NCBI GenBank assembly: GCA_030141605.1
Contig: JAQGDQ010000243.1
Coordinates: 1-64,000, forward strand
Reading direction: 5' to 3'
DNA length: 64,000 nt
DNA from: Tubiluchus corallicola
Lineage: Eukaryota > Animalia > Priapulida
Part shown: positions 27,959-40,177 of the stretch, in pieces
How positions within the stretch are numbered: the first letter of the stretch is position 1
Layout: each line of letters opens with the position of its first letter
Position numbers and translations under genes: made by a program
Notes under the pieces: generated by a model
The model's database searches: none
What the model was told of the DNA's origin: nothing
What the model saw: the letters and a program-made list of their open reading frames with translations, nothing else

Positions 27959-28590
27959 CAGTTTCTAAAGCTACTGGAACACGGCCTTCTTGTGTTGCTG
28001 TTTGATGGATCTGAACTATCAGACATATTATATTTTGTTCATATCTAGTGTGAGAAGCTATTGGTGTAGGTAACTTCGGGCACAGGACAAATATACAGAA
28101 AGGAAAAATGCTGTATGAATAGAAATCAGCTAGCCTTCATAGTGCAATATACAGTTGGAGATCAGCCCGTTTCTTTGCTTGTTAATTTTTGTATTGTGAA
28201 TTATTATGTTAGAGTTGTTTAATGTTTATTATTTAGCTATAATTCCGTGTTGTTGTTTGAGTTTTGTGATTATTTTATGATGTTACGTGATAGCTTGCGG
28301 TGTTCCTACCTGATACGTGAAGAGATGTCTTTGAGGCAGGCGTACAGCCAGTACAGCCTACTTTTTTCTGACAGTTTTTTTTTTTTGTTTAAAATTTACA
28401 TTTACACCTTTGAATGCAATTCAAGTTGAATTTATTCACCCTTTTTCATTCACTCAACCATTGATTGAATGATGATTGGTTGATCGACTTATTTATTCGT
28501 TTATGCATTTACTCAGTCGCTCGTTCATGCATTCATTCATTTATTCGTGCATTCATTCATTCATTTTATGCAACATCTGTTTGCGCTTCG

Positions 28591-29613
28591 TTTCAGAAGC
28601 AGTATTAGTTCCTAAACTTTCCTCCACTACTAGAGAACCCCAAACTAGTGGAATTAGTACTCTGCGCGAAGCTCGTTTCAGAAGCAGTATTAGTTCCTAA
28701 ACTTTCCTCCAGTACTAGAAAACCCCAAACTAGTGGACTTAATACTCTGCGCGAAGCTCGTTTCAGAAGCAGTATTAGTTCCTAAACTTTCCTCCAGTAC
28801 TAGAGAACCCCAAATTAGTGGACTTAGTACTCTCCGCGAAGCTCGTATCAGAAGCAGTATTAGTTCCTAAACTTTCCTCCAGTACTAGAGAACCCCAAAC
28901 TAGTGGACTTAGTACTCTGCACGAAGCTCGTTTCAGAAGCAGTATTAGTTCCTAAACTTTCCTCCAGTACTAGAAAACCCCAAACTAGTGGACTTAGTAC
29001 TCTGCGCGAAGCTCGTTTCAGAAGCAGTATTAGTTCCTAAACTTTCCTCCAGTACTGGAAAACCCCAAACCAGTGGACTTAGTACTCTGCGCTAAGCTCG
29101 TTTCAGAAGCAGTATTAGTTCCTAAACTTTCCTCCAGTACTGGAAAACCCCAAACTAGTGGACTTAGTACTCTGCACGAAGCTCGTTTCAGAAGCAGTAT
29201 TAGTTCCTAAACTTTCCTCCAGTACTGGAGAACCCCAAACTAGTGGACTTAGTACTCTGCGCGAAGCTCGTTTCAGAAGCAGTATTAGTTCCTAAACTTT
29301 CCTCCAGTACTAGAAAACCCCAAACTAGTGGACTTAGTACTCTGCGCGAAGCTCGTTTCAGAAGCAGTATTAGTTCCTAAACTTTCCTCCAGTACTAGAA
29401 AACCCCAAACTAGTGGACTTAGTACTCTGCGCGAAGCTCGTTTCAGAAGCAGTATTAGTTCCTAAACTTTTCTCCAGTATTAGAGAACCCCAAACTAGTG
29501 GACTTAGTACACTGCGCGAAGCTCGTTTCAGAAGCAGTATTAGTTCCTAAACTTTTCTCCAGTACTAGACAACCCCAAGCTAGTGGACTTAGTACTCTGC
29601 GCGAAGCTCGTTT
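28591..29613. repeat. 85-bp tandem minisatellite, 12 copies
   Basis: Unit TTTCAGAAGCAGTATTAGTTCC...GCGCGAAGCTCG starts at 28591, 28676 and so on; no spacers. Confidence 0.97.
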
Positions 29614-31899
29614 ACTTATCTAGTATGAAAGTAGCTTCCTGTGTGTTTATTTTCGAGTGATTTTATCAGGTTTTTGTTGTAGTTCAATTTTGCAACAAAT
29701 GTGATGTCGTGGTTAACGACGGAGACCAAAATCCATCAAGAGCACTCAGCATAACGTCAGAAGAAGAGTTTTCATTAAAAACTACCATGCTAATTCAGAC
29801 ATATATTCCTAGGAATATATATATGCCTAGGAATTACGTATACTACCACCTAGTTTAGTATCATTATTAGAAACGCTCATTCTTAGAAATCCAAGTTAAT
29901 TCAATTTAATAGCTAAAATTTTGCGACAGTTGGAAACAGAAGATAAAGATTTGGCAATTATGTTATTTTGCAATTATACAATTATAACATATGTTATATA
30001 ATAAATATAACATATATAAATTAAAGCTATTAAATTATTACGTAGATGCTTAAAAAGTAATCTCATATAAAAGGGTCGGTTATGCATACTTAATGCCACT
30101 AAACCGAATGAAAGTCAGCTGAATCAAAATTTTCGACTTAAATATTTTATACTTAATGTACTTAGCAAATAAAATTCAGCAACGCCAAGTCTAAATAATA
30201 AATTTGATTGGCGACCGCCCAAAAACTGTTTCTATAAGTTGTTTCACCTGTCGGCATGCGCAACCAAATGTGACTCAAAACACCTCTACCAGTTCACTGC
30301 CTCACGTGAGATAATTACTCATGATCATGAGCTCGACCCGGCCGGTACTCAGCTACTCACAGAATCCCCTGCCACTAAATGCTGAGAATGAGAAAGCAAG
30401 TGAGAGAGAAAATGAGAGAGAGAAAAAGATATGGGAGAGAGCTGAAAGTGAGAGGGAAAGAAGAGAAAGAGAAAGAGGAAAAAGACAATAACAGGGGAAG
30501 CAAAGAAGAAAGACAGGAAAGAGAAGCCTTTCCACGTGCAAAGATCAATAATCTTTGAAAACAATTAAAATCGATTTTACAGACTCTGTAAGATTTTATT
30601 TTTCAACTCTTAAACATAAAAGACAACTTAACTAGCATGTTACAGCACCTTTGTTATAATAACACATGGTCTAAGTGTCACAAGTAACAAAAAAATTTCT
30701 ATCATTTCAAACAACGAAATACAGGCATTCAATTGCAAACTGGTCCAAGAGATTAACTACGAAAAAGTAAAAGAGACATTTCTGCATCTGCAGAATTCAT
30801 AATGCAGAAAGAAAACTAAAAATATTGATCTAACGATCATTTTATCAACTAAGGTATATTTTGTCAAACTAAATCATAATTTCTTACTGATCATGGTAGT
30901 ACATTTCACAAATTTCAGCCTATTCTATACACCAATCACTTGATAATGTACTTACTATAATAACACATTCAGATATACACTGGCTACCTTTATATCGTTT
31001 ATCACATTACTGTACACAATTTACAAAAAAATACAAAAAAATTATCCACCAACAACAACCTTATTCTATACTATCTCAAAATTATAATTAATTTTAACAA
31101 AATTCAACATAAGCCTACGTTTGTAAGAATTGCACAATTACTCACTGGTATAATAAAAATAACATATCCAGTGTCAATATGAATTTTATGATACAGTCAA
31201 TTTATTAACTAATTCTACCTACGGGACTGGTAATTTTCACATTACTGCAATAAAAGTGCTGGATATCCAGAACGATTATATAATTCGTTTTCTTCATTCA
31301 CTGTGTAATTAACTCTATACGCTATTCAAAATGCATCTATTACATACATGCCCTGACCACATTTTGATTACAGAGAAATAAGTATGACATGGCACGTACA
31401 TTTATTTTCTGTAAACACATTAAAAGTTTACAAAACACCAAAATTGCTGTAAAAAAATTGCAAAACTTTAACCGTTAACAAAATAAAACTTTAATGTGAC
31501 TACAAATGTATTCAGCTGTGTTTTAAGCAGTGCTATATCAATCTGACAAACTTGGCATAATATATACGTAGTTCTAATTTACGGCACCATACTTTCTCTT
31601 CTTTTCATAGACGGCGCCACAACCTAACGGTCGCTCACACGTGGTCAGTGTTAAGCCGCCTCAGAAATTGGTTGTTAATGCTCAAGAAAAATGCTAGAAA
31701 GTTTGGCATCAGTAAAAGTGCGATAACCACTGCGCAAAACGACTTTACAATTGCGATCATTTAGCACACATTGGGTGCTCACATTGAACTAATAATAGTG
31801 TCACGCAGCCCACTTCTCAATGCCATAACAGCAAAACAAATTTTTACAAACACTCAAACAGACATGCAATGCACATTGTTTTATAGATTACGTTATATA

Positions 31900-32641
31900 G
31901 GTTTTACATGTCAAATATAGACCTACGTTAAGTCAAATGTAGATTTAGGTAATTCAAATGTGTCTTGGTAACTCAAATGTAGACTTAGGTAGTTCAAATG
32001 TGTTAACAATGGTTTTCAAGAAATCTTAAGCGTTTTTGGTAAGTCTAATGTAGACACATGTCAAGTCAAATGTGACATTGGTATTTCAAATGTGGATAGG
32101 TAGTAAAGCTTAAAGATGTTAAATTTAATCTCCTTTAATCTTAATTTAATAATTGCTGTGAAAATAATAACTTTATAAGTTTACTAATAGTTCACTAATA
32201 TTGTGTAAACTTTACATACCATTGGAACTGTTAGAGAAAACAATACATTCTTAAAATAAACAATGTTCCTTGAGAGAAACTAATTCATTAATGCAGTGCT
32301 AATGCATTACTTAAAAAACTAATTAGTGATTCACTGTTCATTGGGAAGTGGGAACCAATTTATTCTTTTCTACCGACGTTATGGTTTATTAAAGAATTTA
32401 TTTTGAGAATAAACAATGCATTTTCAAAGTTATGAAAGAGGTGATGACTATCTTTGGTTTATCTTTTTGTAATTTGCACTTAAATGGTTTAATTACCTAT
32501 TTATTCAAAGTACCGCATCTACATTTGACTTACCTAAGTCACATTTGAGTTACCAAAACACATTTGAAATTCTTATGTATACATTTGACTTACCTAAGTC
32601 ACATTTGAACTTTCCTGTGTCTACATTTTACGTGTAAAACC
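31900..32641. mobile_element. Foldback-type MITE with repetitive subterminal arms, in the likely SoxD 3'UTR
   Basis: Termini GGTTTTACA.GT.AAAT.TAGAC and its reverse complement; arms made of ~20-bp TCAAATGT(A)GACTTAGGTAA repeats; flanked by TATA on both sides. Confidence 0.8.
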
Positions 32642-33349
32642 TATAATTTTAAAACGTCTGCAACCATTCATTTGGCAGGTAGTAAAAATGATTACAAATT
32701 CCTATTGTGTTTTTAAGCAAAACTTTTTATGCACATGCATCAAAATAGTTTTAATGTATATTACAAATGCACTGAATGTTATTTTACTCTTGACCTTTTC
32801 TTTAAGGGCCAGTGACAATTGCAGATATTCAAAAACCTAGAACGTTTTCAGCAGGTTTTAAAAAAATCTTATAACCAGCTAAACAGCAAACAGGCAAAAA
32901 CAACAATTTTTTACGGAAACCATTTACAGGCCAGGCCACATGGGTCAAGCCACAAACTATCGTAACTTTTTTATTTCAAGTTGTTAAAATTAACAACTTA
33001 TTATCAAAGTCTATGAACATAACCTCTGAAGTCACAATCTGCAGTCACAGCACTAACTTGCATATAATCGATCCATGGTTTTTAATATAATTATTAACAC
33101 AGAAATGCTTTGATTGGTACTACTCCACAGCTTAGACTTTTCTCGGGCTGAAGAGCTGCTATATGCATTCTCCAGCTTCAGTTTTTAACTGCTAAAACAC
33201 TTTGGTCTATACGTACTGCATCTACACAAAGCTACACAATCGCTTGTTATTTTCCCCAACTTCTTGGATATGGCAAACATAGTATCAAATTACCATTATA
33301 ATCTCATTCAAATTACCCTTCTCAGTACTGAATAATTACATTTTGATAC

Positions 33350-33535
33350 TCAATCATCAATAGGACTATGATCATCATTAACACCACTATAAGAACTTGA
33401 CTGACTGGTCATTGCGTGGCCTCTGCTGCTAGCCGCTAGTTTACTAAGTGCTTCGGTAGAAGGTGCAGCCGCTGACATTAAACCCTCCTGCATCAATGTG
33501 CTCAGTCCAGTACCACTCACCCACAAGTTTCTAGT
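33350..33535 (-). CDS. SoxD: SoxD coding exon 8 (last; TRNLW...PIDD*)
   Basis: Acceptor TTTGTTACAG, phase 0, TGA at 33352-33350; TRNLW matches the post-HMG SoxD motif. Confidence 0.8.
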   Translation of the reverse strand, partial: TRNLWVSGTGLSTLMQEGLMSAAAPSTEALSKLAASSRGHAMTSQSSSYSGVNDDHSPIDD

Positions 33536-33749
33536 CTGTAACAAAGAAAGATAATAATAAATTTAGAAATTTTTAATTTCTGATATACAAATGTAGGTTT
33601 ACTATACTTTTGTTCTTCATTATCTTAGTAAATATGAACGAAGATGCACTTAAATTTTGCTTTTATGCAAGAGTTATAAAAATCTACAAGGCATTCAACT
33701 ATCTAGGACATGCTAATATTACAGCAATGATATCTACCGAATGACGGAC

Positions 33750-33943
33750 CTGGTCCCTTTTTTGTTTCATAAGGTTCTTATATTCAGAGATTCGAAGTTT
33801 CTTGCCATCGACAATGCAAGTCCGTTTAGGACGTGGTCGGTATCGATAGTCGGGATGCTTCTCCATATGAATCTTACTCAGTCTGGACTGCTCCTCATAG
33901 TAAGGTTGCTTCTCCGAATTTGACATGGCTTTCCATCGTGCTC
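33750..33943 (-). CDS. SoxD: SoxD coding exon 7 (HMG box second half: [56 protein letters not shown])
   Basis: SoxD-diagnostic [16 protein letters not shown]; acceptor TTTATTTAG; donor CAG|GTCCGT (alternative donor at 33738). Confidence 0.95.
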
Positions 33944-34389
33944 CTAAATAAAAACACAAACAGCTATTAACTCAAGTGATTATCATTAGAATTATTCTAA
34001 TAGTTTCAAGCATAGTCTGCATGAAGAAGGGAAAAGTCTATAGAAACACGCTTGCAGTTTTGCATGACACTACAGAGTAAAAATGTTACACCAGTGAAAA
34101 ATAATGTTGCAAACTCTCTTATGTTAACTTGCATGTGTTGCAGGTGTGCAGTGCACATCTGTAATGCAGTGTGAAGAAGAGCTTGCAATTATAGAAATGT
34201 AGTAAAAACAATTGTCTGTCCTCACATGTAAAAATATACGCTTTTGAATGGGCAAAACACTACTCAAACTGACTGCCATTTGGATCACATGCATAGCATA
34301 AATGAATTACCACACATGGGTGCTATTCATTCACTTCAAGTGTCTCAGAAGTCTAGAATCATCATTATTCCATGACATGCTGTGTTGGG

Positions 34390-34463
34390 AACCTAGCCAC
34401 TGGGGGGGGGGGCAAGCCAGCCCAACTCAGTGCCGGTCCCAAGCCCGGATAAATGGGAGGGTT
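34390..34463 (+). ncRNA. Twister ribozyme (P1-type), beginning at the cleavage site
   Basis: AA-CCTA-GC-C-ACTG...CAGT-G-CCGG-TCCC-AAGC-CCGG-ATAAA-TGG-GAGGG-TT matches the twister core; the P2 3' strand has lost one base. Confidence 0.85.
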
Positions 34464-34880
34464 AGGGTCAGGAAGGGCATCCGCCTGTAAAAACTCACCA
34501 AAACCTTCTATGAATGAGTCGGTGAGACTTAAAGGTAAAGTCCACAAAGAAGTGGTCAGACCCGCTTTAATCTATGGGCTGGTAGCAGCTTCTCTAAAGA
34601 AGACCGAAGAGAAGAAAATGGGTGTGGTGGAGATGAGGATGTTGAGATGGATGGTGGGAATAACAAGAAGAGACAAAATTAGAAATAATAATATCAGAGG
34701 AACAGTAAAAGTAGTGGAAGCCTCGCAAGATTGTGATGGTATGGACACCTGAAAAGAAGAGTCGGTGAAGATCATGTGGGAAGGGAAGACATAAATGAAG
34801 AGATGGTCAACAACAGGAATGCGTGGAGAAGACTCATTCACAACGGCGACCCCGCATAGGGAAAAGCTGGGAAGAAGAAG
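34390..34880 (+). mobile_element. Twister-headed non-autonomous RTE-derived element, copy 2 (in the SoxD HMG-box intron)
   Basis: TSD ATGCTGTGTTGGG(A) at 34377-34390 and 34881-34894; RTE C-terminal remnant RLKGKVHKEVVRPALIYG...; (GAA)n tail. Confidence 0.93.
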
Positions 34881-35471
34881 ATGCTGTGTTGGGATATCAA
34901 GAGCATCTGAGAGAGTCAGAACTAGTGTCAAAATGCTTGAGCAATGGTATGCAAGTACAGATGATAGAGAAAAATTGTGCAGGAATGACGACTCACAGCA
35001 GACTGAGGCATGTGCAGAAGTGGAACAAATCTGGTGTGCATGTCTGGAGCGAATATAGACTTAAGGGACTTGGTTTCCGACCATTCCTAATGAAATTCAG
35101 CATTGACTGAACCCATGGTGTTGAGAAAGACCGCAGTCATTTTGAGCATCTTGAATAAAAATGATATTACATGTTATTATAAAATGTTAATGAACCTGAA
35201 AATTCCGGACTTCTGGGATGTCCTAAAACATTAATTCTTACTAGAAAAAGTGAAGCAATCAGAAGACATCCATTGCTGCAGTATGAAGACAGATCAAGTT
35301 CATTCCAAGTCCAATACAATTGTCAGCAGTAGTTGCCAAGTAAGCAAGGATGGATTTCGTTCGTATTTGGAGCCCATGAGTTCTTTTTGGTGTGGCAATA
35401 AACTTGAGAAAGCTTCATGTTGCTCAATTTTATGCCCACCGTATAACTAAAGGATTGATTTACACAGCTTA

Positions 35472-35639
<168 letters not shown>

Positions 35640-35990
35640 TTAAAAATGCAACGTTTTTTCATAAACATGCTGATCAAGTTGCCTCCGGGTGCAAAATTTA
35701 CAGGAGTGCAGTTTAACAGAATGAAACAGGTCTCTCTGAATCTATACATAACTATTCCAATTGTTAATTAAAATAATTAAAATGGTTAGATGAACCAATA
35801 TATTGCTGTACCAGGTCAAATACGATGACATTAAAATGCAGTGTACAAACAAACACACTACAGATATAATTTCCAAGAAGAAGATTTTCACAGTTCTGCA
35901 TTTTTTACTTCCGTGAATTAGTCACAATTGATTACGACATTGATAAATAACATAAATATTAAATTGTAACAAAAAGCAGCAATTACTTAC

Positions 35991-36139
35991 TCTGACTGGC
36001 AGATGTTAAATAACTGTCAACTGAGCTGTGTGAAGATTTTGGTGTATACATGTGGATTGGATACACCTTTTCACCACTAGATGCAATTGTTGGCTCAATT
36101 TTCACTTTATTTATCGGTAGAGGTGACGTTGACTGTTTG
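35991..36139 (-). CDS. SoxD: SoxD coding exon 5 (KQSTSPLPINKVKIEP...TSASQ)
   Basis: Open frame, acceptor TTTTTTTAG, donor GTAAGT; phases 2 in and 1 out match both neighbours. Confidence 0.8.
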
Positions 36140-37253
36140 CTAAAAAAATAAAACATTCATGATGCTATTTTTTGTTTGATGACAAAAATTGATAATGGCA
36201 ACATTCTACATTTTTGTGGACAAATTTTAGATATATTATTGGTGGCAACTGCATTCAAAATCTCGTAAACCACAGGTACATTAGTAAATCACTCAACTAA
36301 AAACCGAAGTCCAAAGTACCCTCCGTTGAAGACCATTAAACTTATGGCAGCATGCTAAAGAAGTCTCAAATTTAGTGAAATATCTTTGCAGGTTAATTAA
36401 CAAACAAAGGTGTTTTTCACTTTTCGCAAAGACAGTACATGCCTATATGACTTCTAGTGGAATTTTATCCAACCTACACTTGCCTAACTTTGTCAACTTA
36501 AATTGCCCCATTTTAGTATTTTAAAAAGCAATCTAAATGTCCTTGTGACTAAATCTGGCCAATTCTGACTCACTCCAACAACAAATTCGTTTGACTGAGA
36601 TATACATAAGCATTCAATTAACTCTGATCGTGTACATGTAGATGACGGTGATATTGTGGCGATAACAGTAAGCGCAAGTAAACTCAGTCAAAGGAGTGAC
36701 GCAAAAAAGACTATCATTCTAGTTTTAGAAAAGTAGAACATTTGAAACGTAAACAATGAACACGTGTTAATACAAACAAATTAAGTGTGGGGAGTTTGTA
36801 CAAGATCCAAAATTATAGCGCACGTTCAGACTAACGAGTTTTCTCACCAAATTAACTCGCCAAGTAACTCATAAGCATTTTTGACTATAGAGCAAAACGT
36901 GTTACAAGTAACTCTCTGATAGTAAACATGAGCTGATACTTCCTTCTCTATTCACTGTAAAAAGTGGCAAGAGTAACTCGTCGAGGTGTTCACAGTAGAC
37001 AGTAACTCACAGGAAATTAACATGCCGGCAACTGTCGGAGAGTTTGCAAGAAACTTGCCGACAGTAACTCGCAAAACTGTTCACACACTGTCAGAGAGAA
37101 TGCACCATAATTGATTTCAAAAGAACTGCGATAAACAGAGAATGACATAACAGAATTACAAATTTCTTTCAACAGTGTTCAAAGAATTCACACAGTCACA
37201 GGCTCGCAGCTAGAAATGTACTTGTATACCTAGCCTCGTTACAAGGTACATAC

Positions 37254-37507
37254 CTCAAATGTGGTGCTAAGGCTGCTGCATAAGGATTAGCAATGAACTG
37301 TGGTTGAGGAAATATGGATTTACTAAATGAGACAAGTGACTCATCATTATCAAGAGTGGATTTAGGCTTTGGCGAACTTCGATTTTCCGGGACTTTATTC
37401 CGCGGTTTGGTAAGATTTAGTGGCGTATTTTCATCCGATGACGAAGCACTAGATGGTGGTGACATCGAGTGGCTACCTGAGGCACGTGAAGTTGGCCATG
37501 TAGAAAC
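37254..37507 (-). CDS. SoxD: SoxD coding exon 4 (contains the PLNLT motif)
   Basis: ENTPLNLTKPR resembles the SoxD PLNLS CtBP-binding motif; acceptor TTTTTAG, donor AG|GTATGT. Confidence 0.85.
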
Positions 37508-37979
37508 CTAAAAAATGAAAGTAATACAATAATTGATTATTCTTTGAAATCCTAGAGTCAACAATAGCAGCTTTTTATTTCACCACATCTAGTTATCTAA
37601 ATTTAACAATGATTTTGAAACAAGTGTAAAAGAGAAAAACGCCAGACTTGTAATGTCAACTGACATCACGACAGTCTGTGAGAGTTAGACACAATGTTGA
37701 CAAATAAAATTTAAGTTTTCAAAGTTTAAGATGCAGAAATCAGTTACAATTACTAAAAACTATTTAACAGTGATATCAATCTCAGTATTACCGGTATACT
37801 TTGTATTCAAACAGTGTTACTATGTGGCAGTAACTAATGCCATAAAACGGGATGGATCCTTGTCATAGTTACTTTAACAATTGTAGCAGCTATTTTAAGG
37901 TTATTTAAATTTACACCTGCAAAGACTAGCCAACACCATAATGTAAAAATACTGCCAAATCCCTAGCAAACTACCTCAC

Positions 37980-38192
37980 CTGAGCCGTTAGTGCACTAGG
38001 CGGTGAAGGATAAATTGAGGTAGTTCCTGTCCCTGGCAGTAGAGGTCGTGCCATATGGGGTGACGATAACAATGGCACTGGCGTGGCACCAGTGATTGGC
38101 AAACCATCGTAAACCGGAACCAGCATGACACCAGGATGTGATGCGCCGAGCTTTCCATCCAAATTAGCAGCCAAGATAGTATTTTGCAAATC
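37980..38192 (-). CDS. SoxD: SoxD coding exon 3 (DLQNTIL...SALTAQ)
   Basis: Open frame, acceptor TTTTTTTAG, donor CAG|GTGAG, phases 0/0. Confidence 0.82.
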
Positions 38193-38573
38193 CTAAAAAA
38201 AGAAAAATAACAGAGTTCAACTCATTGCAAGCCAACATTTAGCATTCAAGCGGGGGCTACTTATTACGTTGGTGTACGTGACAAGACTACCAAAAACAGA
38301 TTCTGAGCCAGCAACAGTATCTCAGTCACACATCCTCAATGAAACAAATGGCTGGAGACAGTGTGCAAAAACAGCCCAAAAGTAATTTTGGTGGTCATCC
38401 ATTCCTTTACAAGGAATTTAGCACTGCTTAACTTTGGTCACTATGCACACACTATGACAACTCAGCTATTCACTATGCCACTATTACTATATTTCATAAA
38501 AATTTGACGTATGAAATAGGGCAAAATATTTAAATTGCTTTACGATGATTTCAATTACAAATTAAGTACGTAC

Positions 38574-38678
38574 TTGTATCTTCTGTTGCTGTTCTATTAT
38601 CTGGTCATGTTGTAGTTTGATTTGGTCTGCCTGATCATCTTCTACTACACCTCCATTTTCTGCCTTGAAAGGCGTCGC
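38574..38678 (-). CDS. SoxD: SoxD coding exon 2 (Q-box: QIKLQHDQIIEQQQKIQ)
   Basis: Resembles the SoxD glutamine-rich coiled coil; acceptor TTTTCTAG, donor CAA|GTACGT, 105 nt, phases 0/0. Confidence 0.85.
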
Positions 38679-39840
38679 CTAGAAAAATCATCACTTAGAG
38701 AATTATCTTGATAACTAATTAGCTTCCGGACCATCCACGACCAATCAACATTATAACCGTAGGCCCAGCCCCTGGGGACAGGCTTCCGGCTTTCACCGTG
38801 CTACAATTATACTAAAAAAATTGTTGGAAAATAAACCAATGACTAGCATTTCTTTACATTTTAATAAATGTCTGGTGTGTGTTTTAAAGTCATCTGTGGA
38901 ATCTGTTATGAAAATTTTAACTATGATTTTTGCACTCATTACAATAACTTCAGGCTATTTGCCTGAGGTAATTTTTGTGGCAAAATTTTGCTTTTCGTAA
39001 TGCTCCATCCACGTTTTCCATCGCACAGGAAAAACAATGTAGAAAAATTCAATCCAAAAACTGGTGTTTCACACAACAAGCGTGTTTTAGTCTTTAAATA
39101 ATCAGCTACATTTTCAACTTTCTCATTGTCTTTACAGAAAAGAAAAAACAAAACGCTTTACTGTAACTGCTTCACCTAGCTTCATAAGTGGATACGTTGT
39201 TTACATGGTTTCGTATTTGCTCTTTTCTAAACAACCGACGTCAGACTATGAATGCTGAGCCACAACATTGCGTTTGTTTACCAAACTGACGTTGATCCAG
39301 TTTGTAGCAGTATAAGAGAAAAGCCACCAGAGTCAAATGAACAACGTTGAAAAAATACTTAAAAACTGGTAATACATTTTTCACGACCTTTATAAGCCAT
39401 ACTACAGGCTAAAGACCTTGATTACGGTTATCAGTTGTTGCTATTAATGAACAAAACATATTCAAATTAATACTCAACATGGTTTTATGCACACAAACTA
39501 CCCCCCCCCCCCTACACATGCACACTACAAAAACCACGAGCCAGGACATGAATCCACAACATCAATGTGTAAAGCCTAAACTCGTAATAGCAGACAAAAT
39601 TTACCTTAAAAGTATAGTATTTACTTAGCCTTGTTTCTCTTCCCAAAAGCGAAACTCAAAGTAGTGCTGCAACCAAAATGTATTTCGGGAAATACATCGC
39701 GTCCTTGTTTCATAATTTGCTGTATTAAAAACGTTTCAAAAAATATTTTTTTTGGGGAGGAGAAATTAAAAACTCGGTCAAGCAGCAAAGGTGATCTGAT
39801 AATGCGAAAATGTCAATCAATAGTTTGGCCACGAACTTAA

Positions 39841-40177
39841 TTTCACAAGATCCTGCCAACCACGGCAGTTGTGTCTGAGAAACCAGATCAAAATCGGTTT
39901 AAAAAATCATGATGTTTAATTTTTGCCAAGCCCTTAACACCTCTTACGGTAGTTTCGCAAGATCCTGCCAAACATGGCAGTTGTGTCTGAGAAACCAGAT
40001 CAAAATCGGTTTAAAAAATCACGATGTTTAATTTTTGCCAAGCCCTTAACACCTCTTACGGTAATTTCACAAGATCCTGCCAACCATGGCAGTTGTGTCT
40101 GAGAAACCAGATCAAAATCGGTTTAAAAAATCATGATGTTTAATTTTTGCCAAGCCCTTAACACCTCTTACGGTAAT
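39841..40177. repeat. 112-bp tandem repeat, 3 copies
   Basis: Units start at 39841, 39953 and 40065. Confidence 0.95.

Noticed and set aside
34453-34752. ORFs in the twister elements as genes (also 8859-9098 and 63255-63497)
   Set aside because: Deleted, frameshifted RTE C-terminal remnants with no RT core. An ATG at the junction opens ~80 codons in copies 2 and 3 but is mutated in copy 1.
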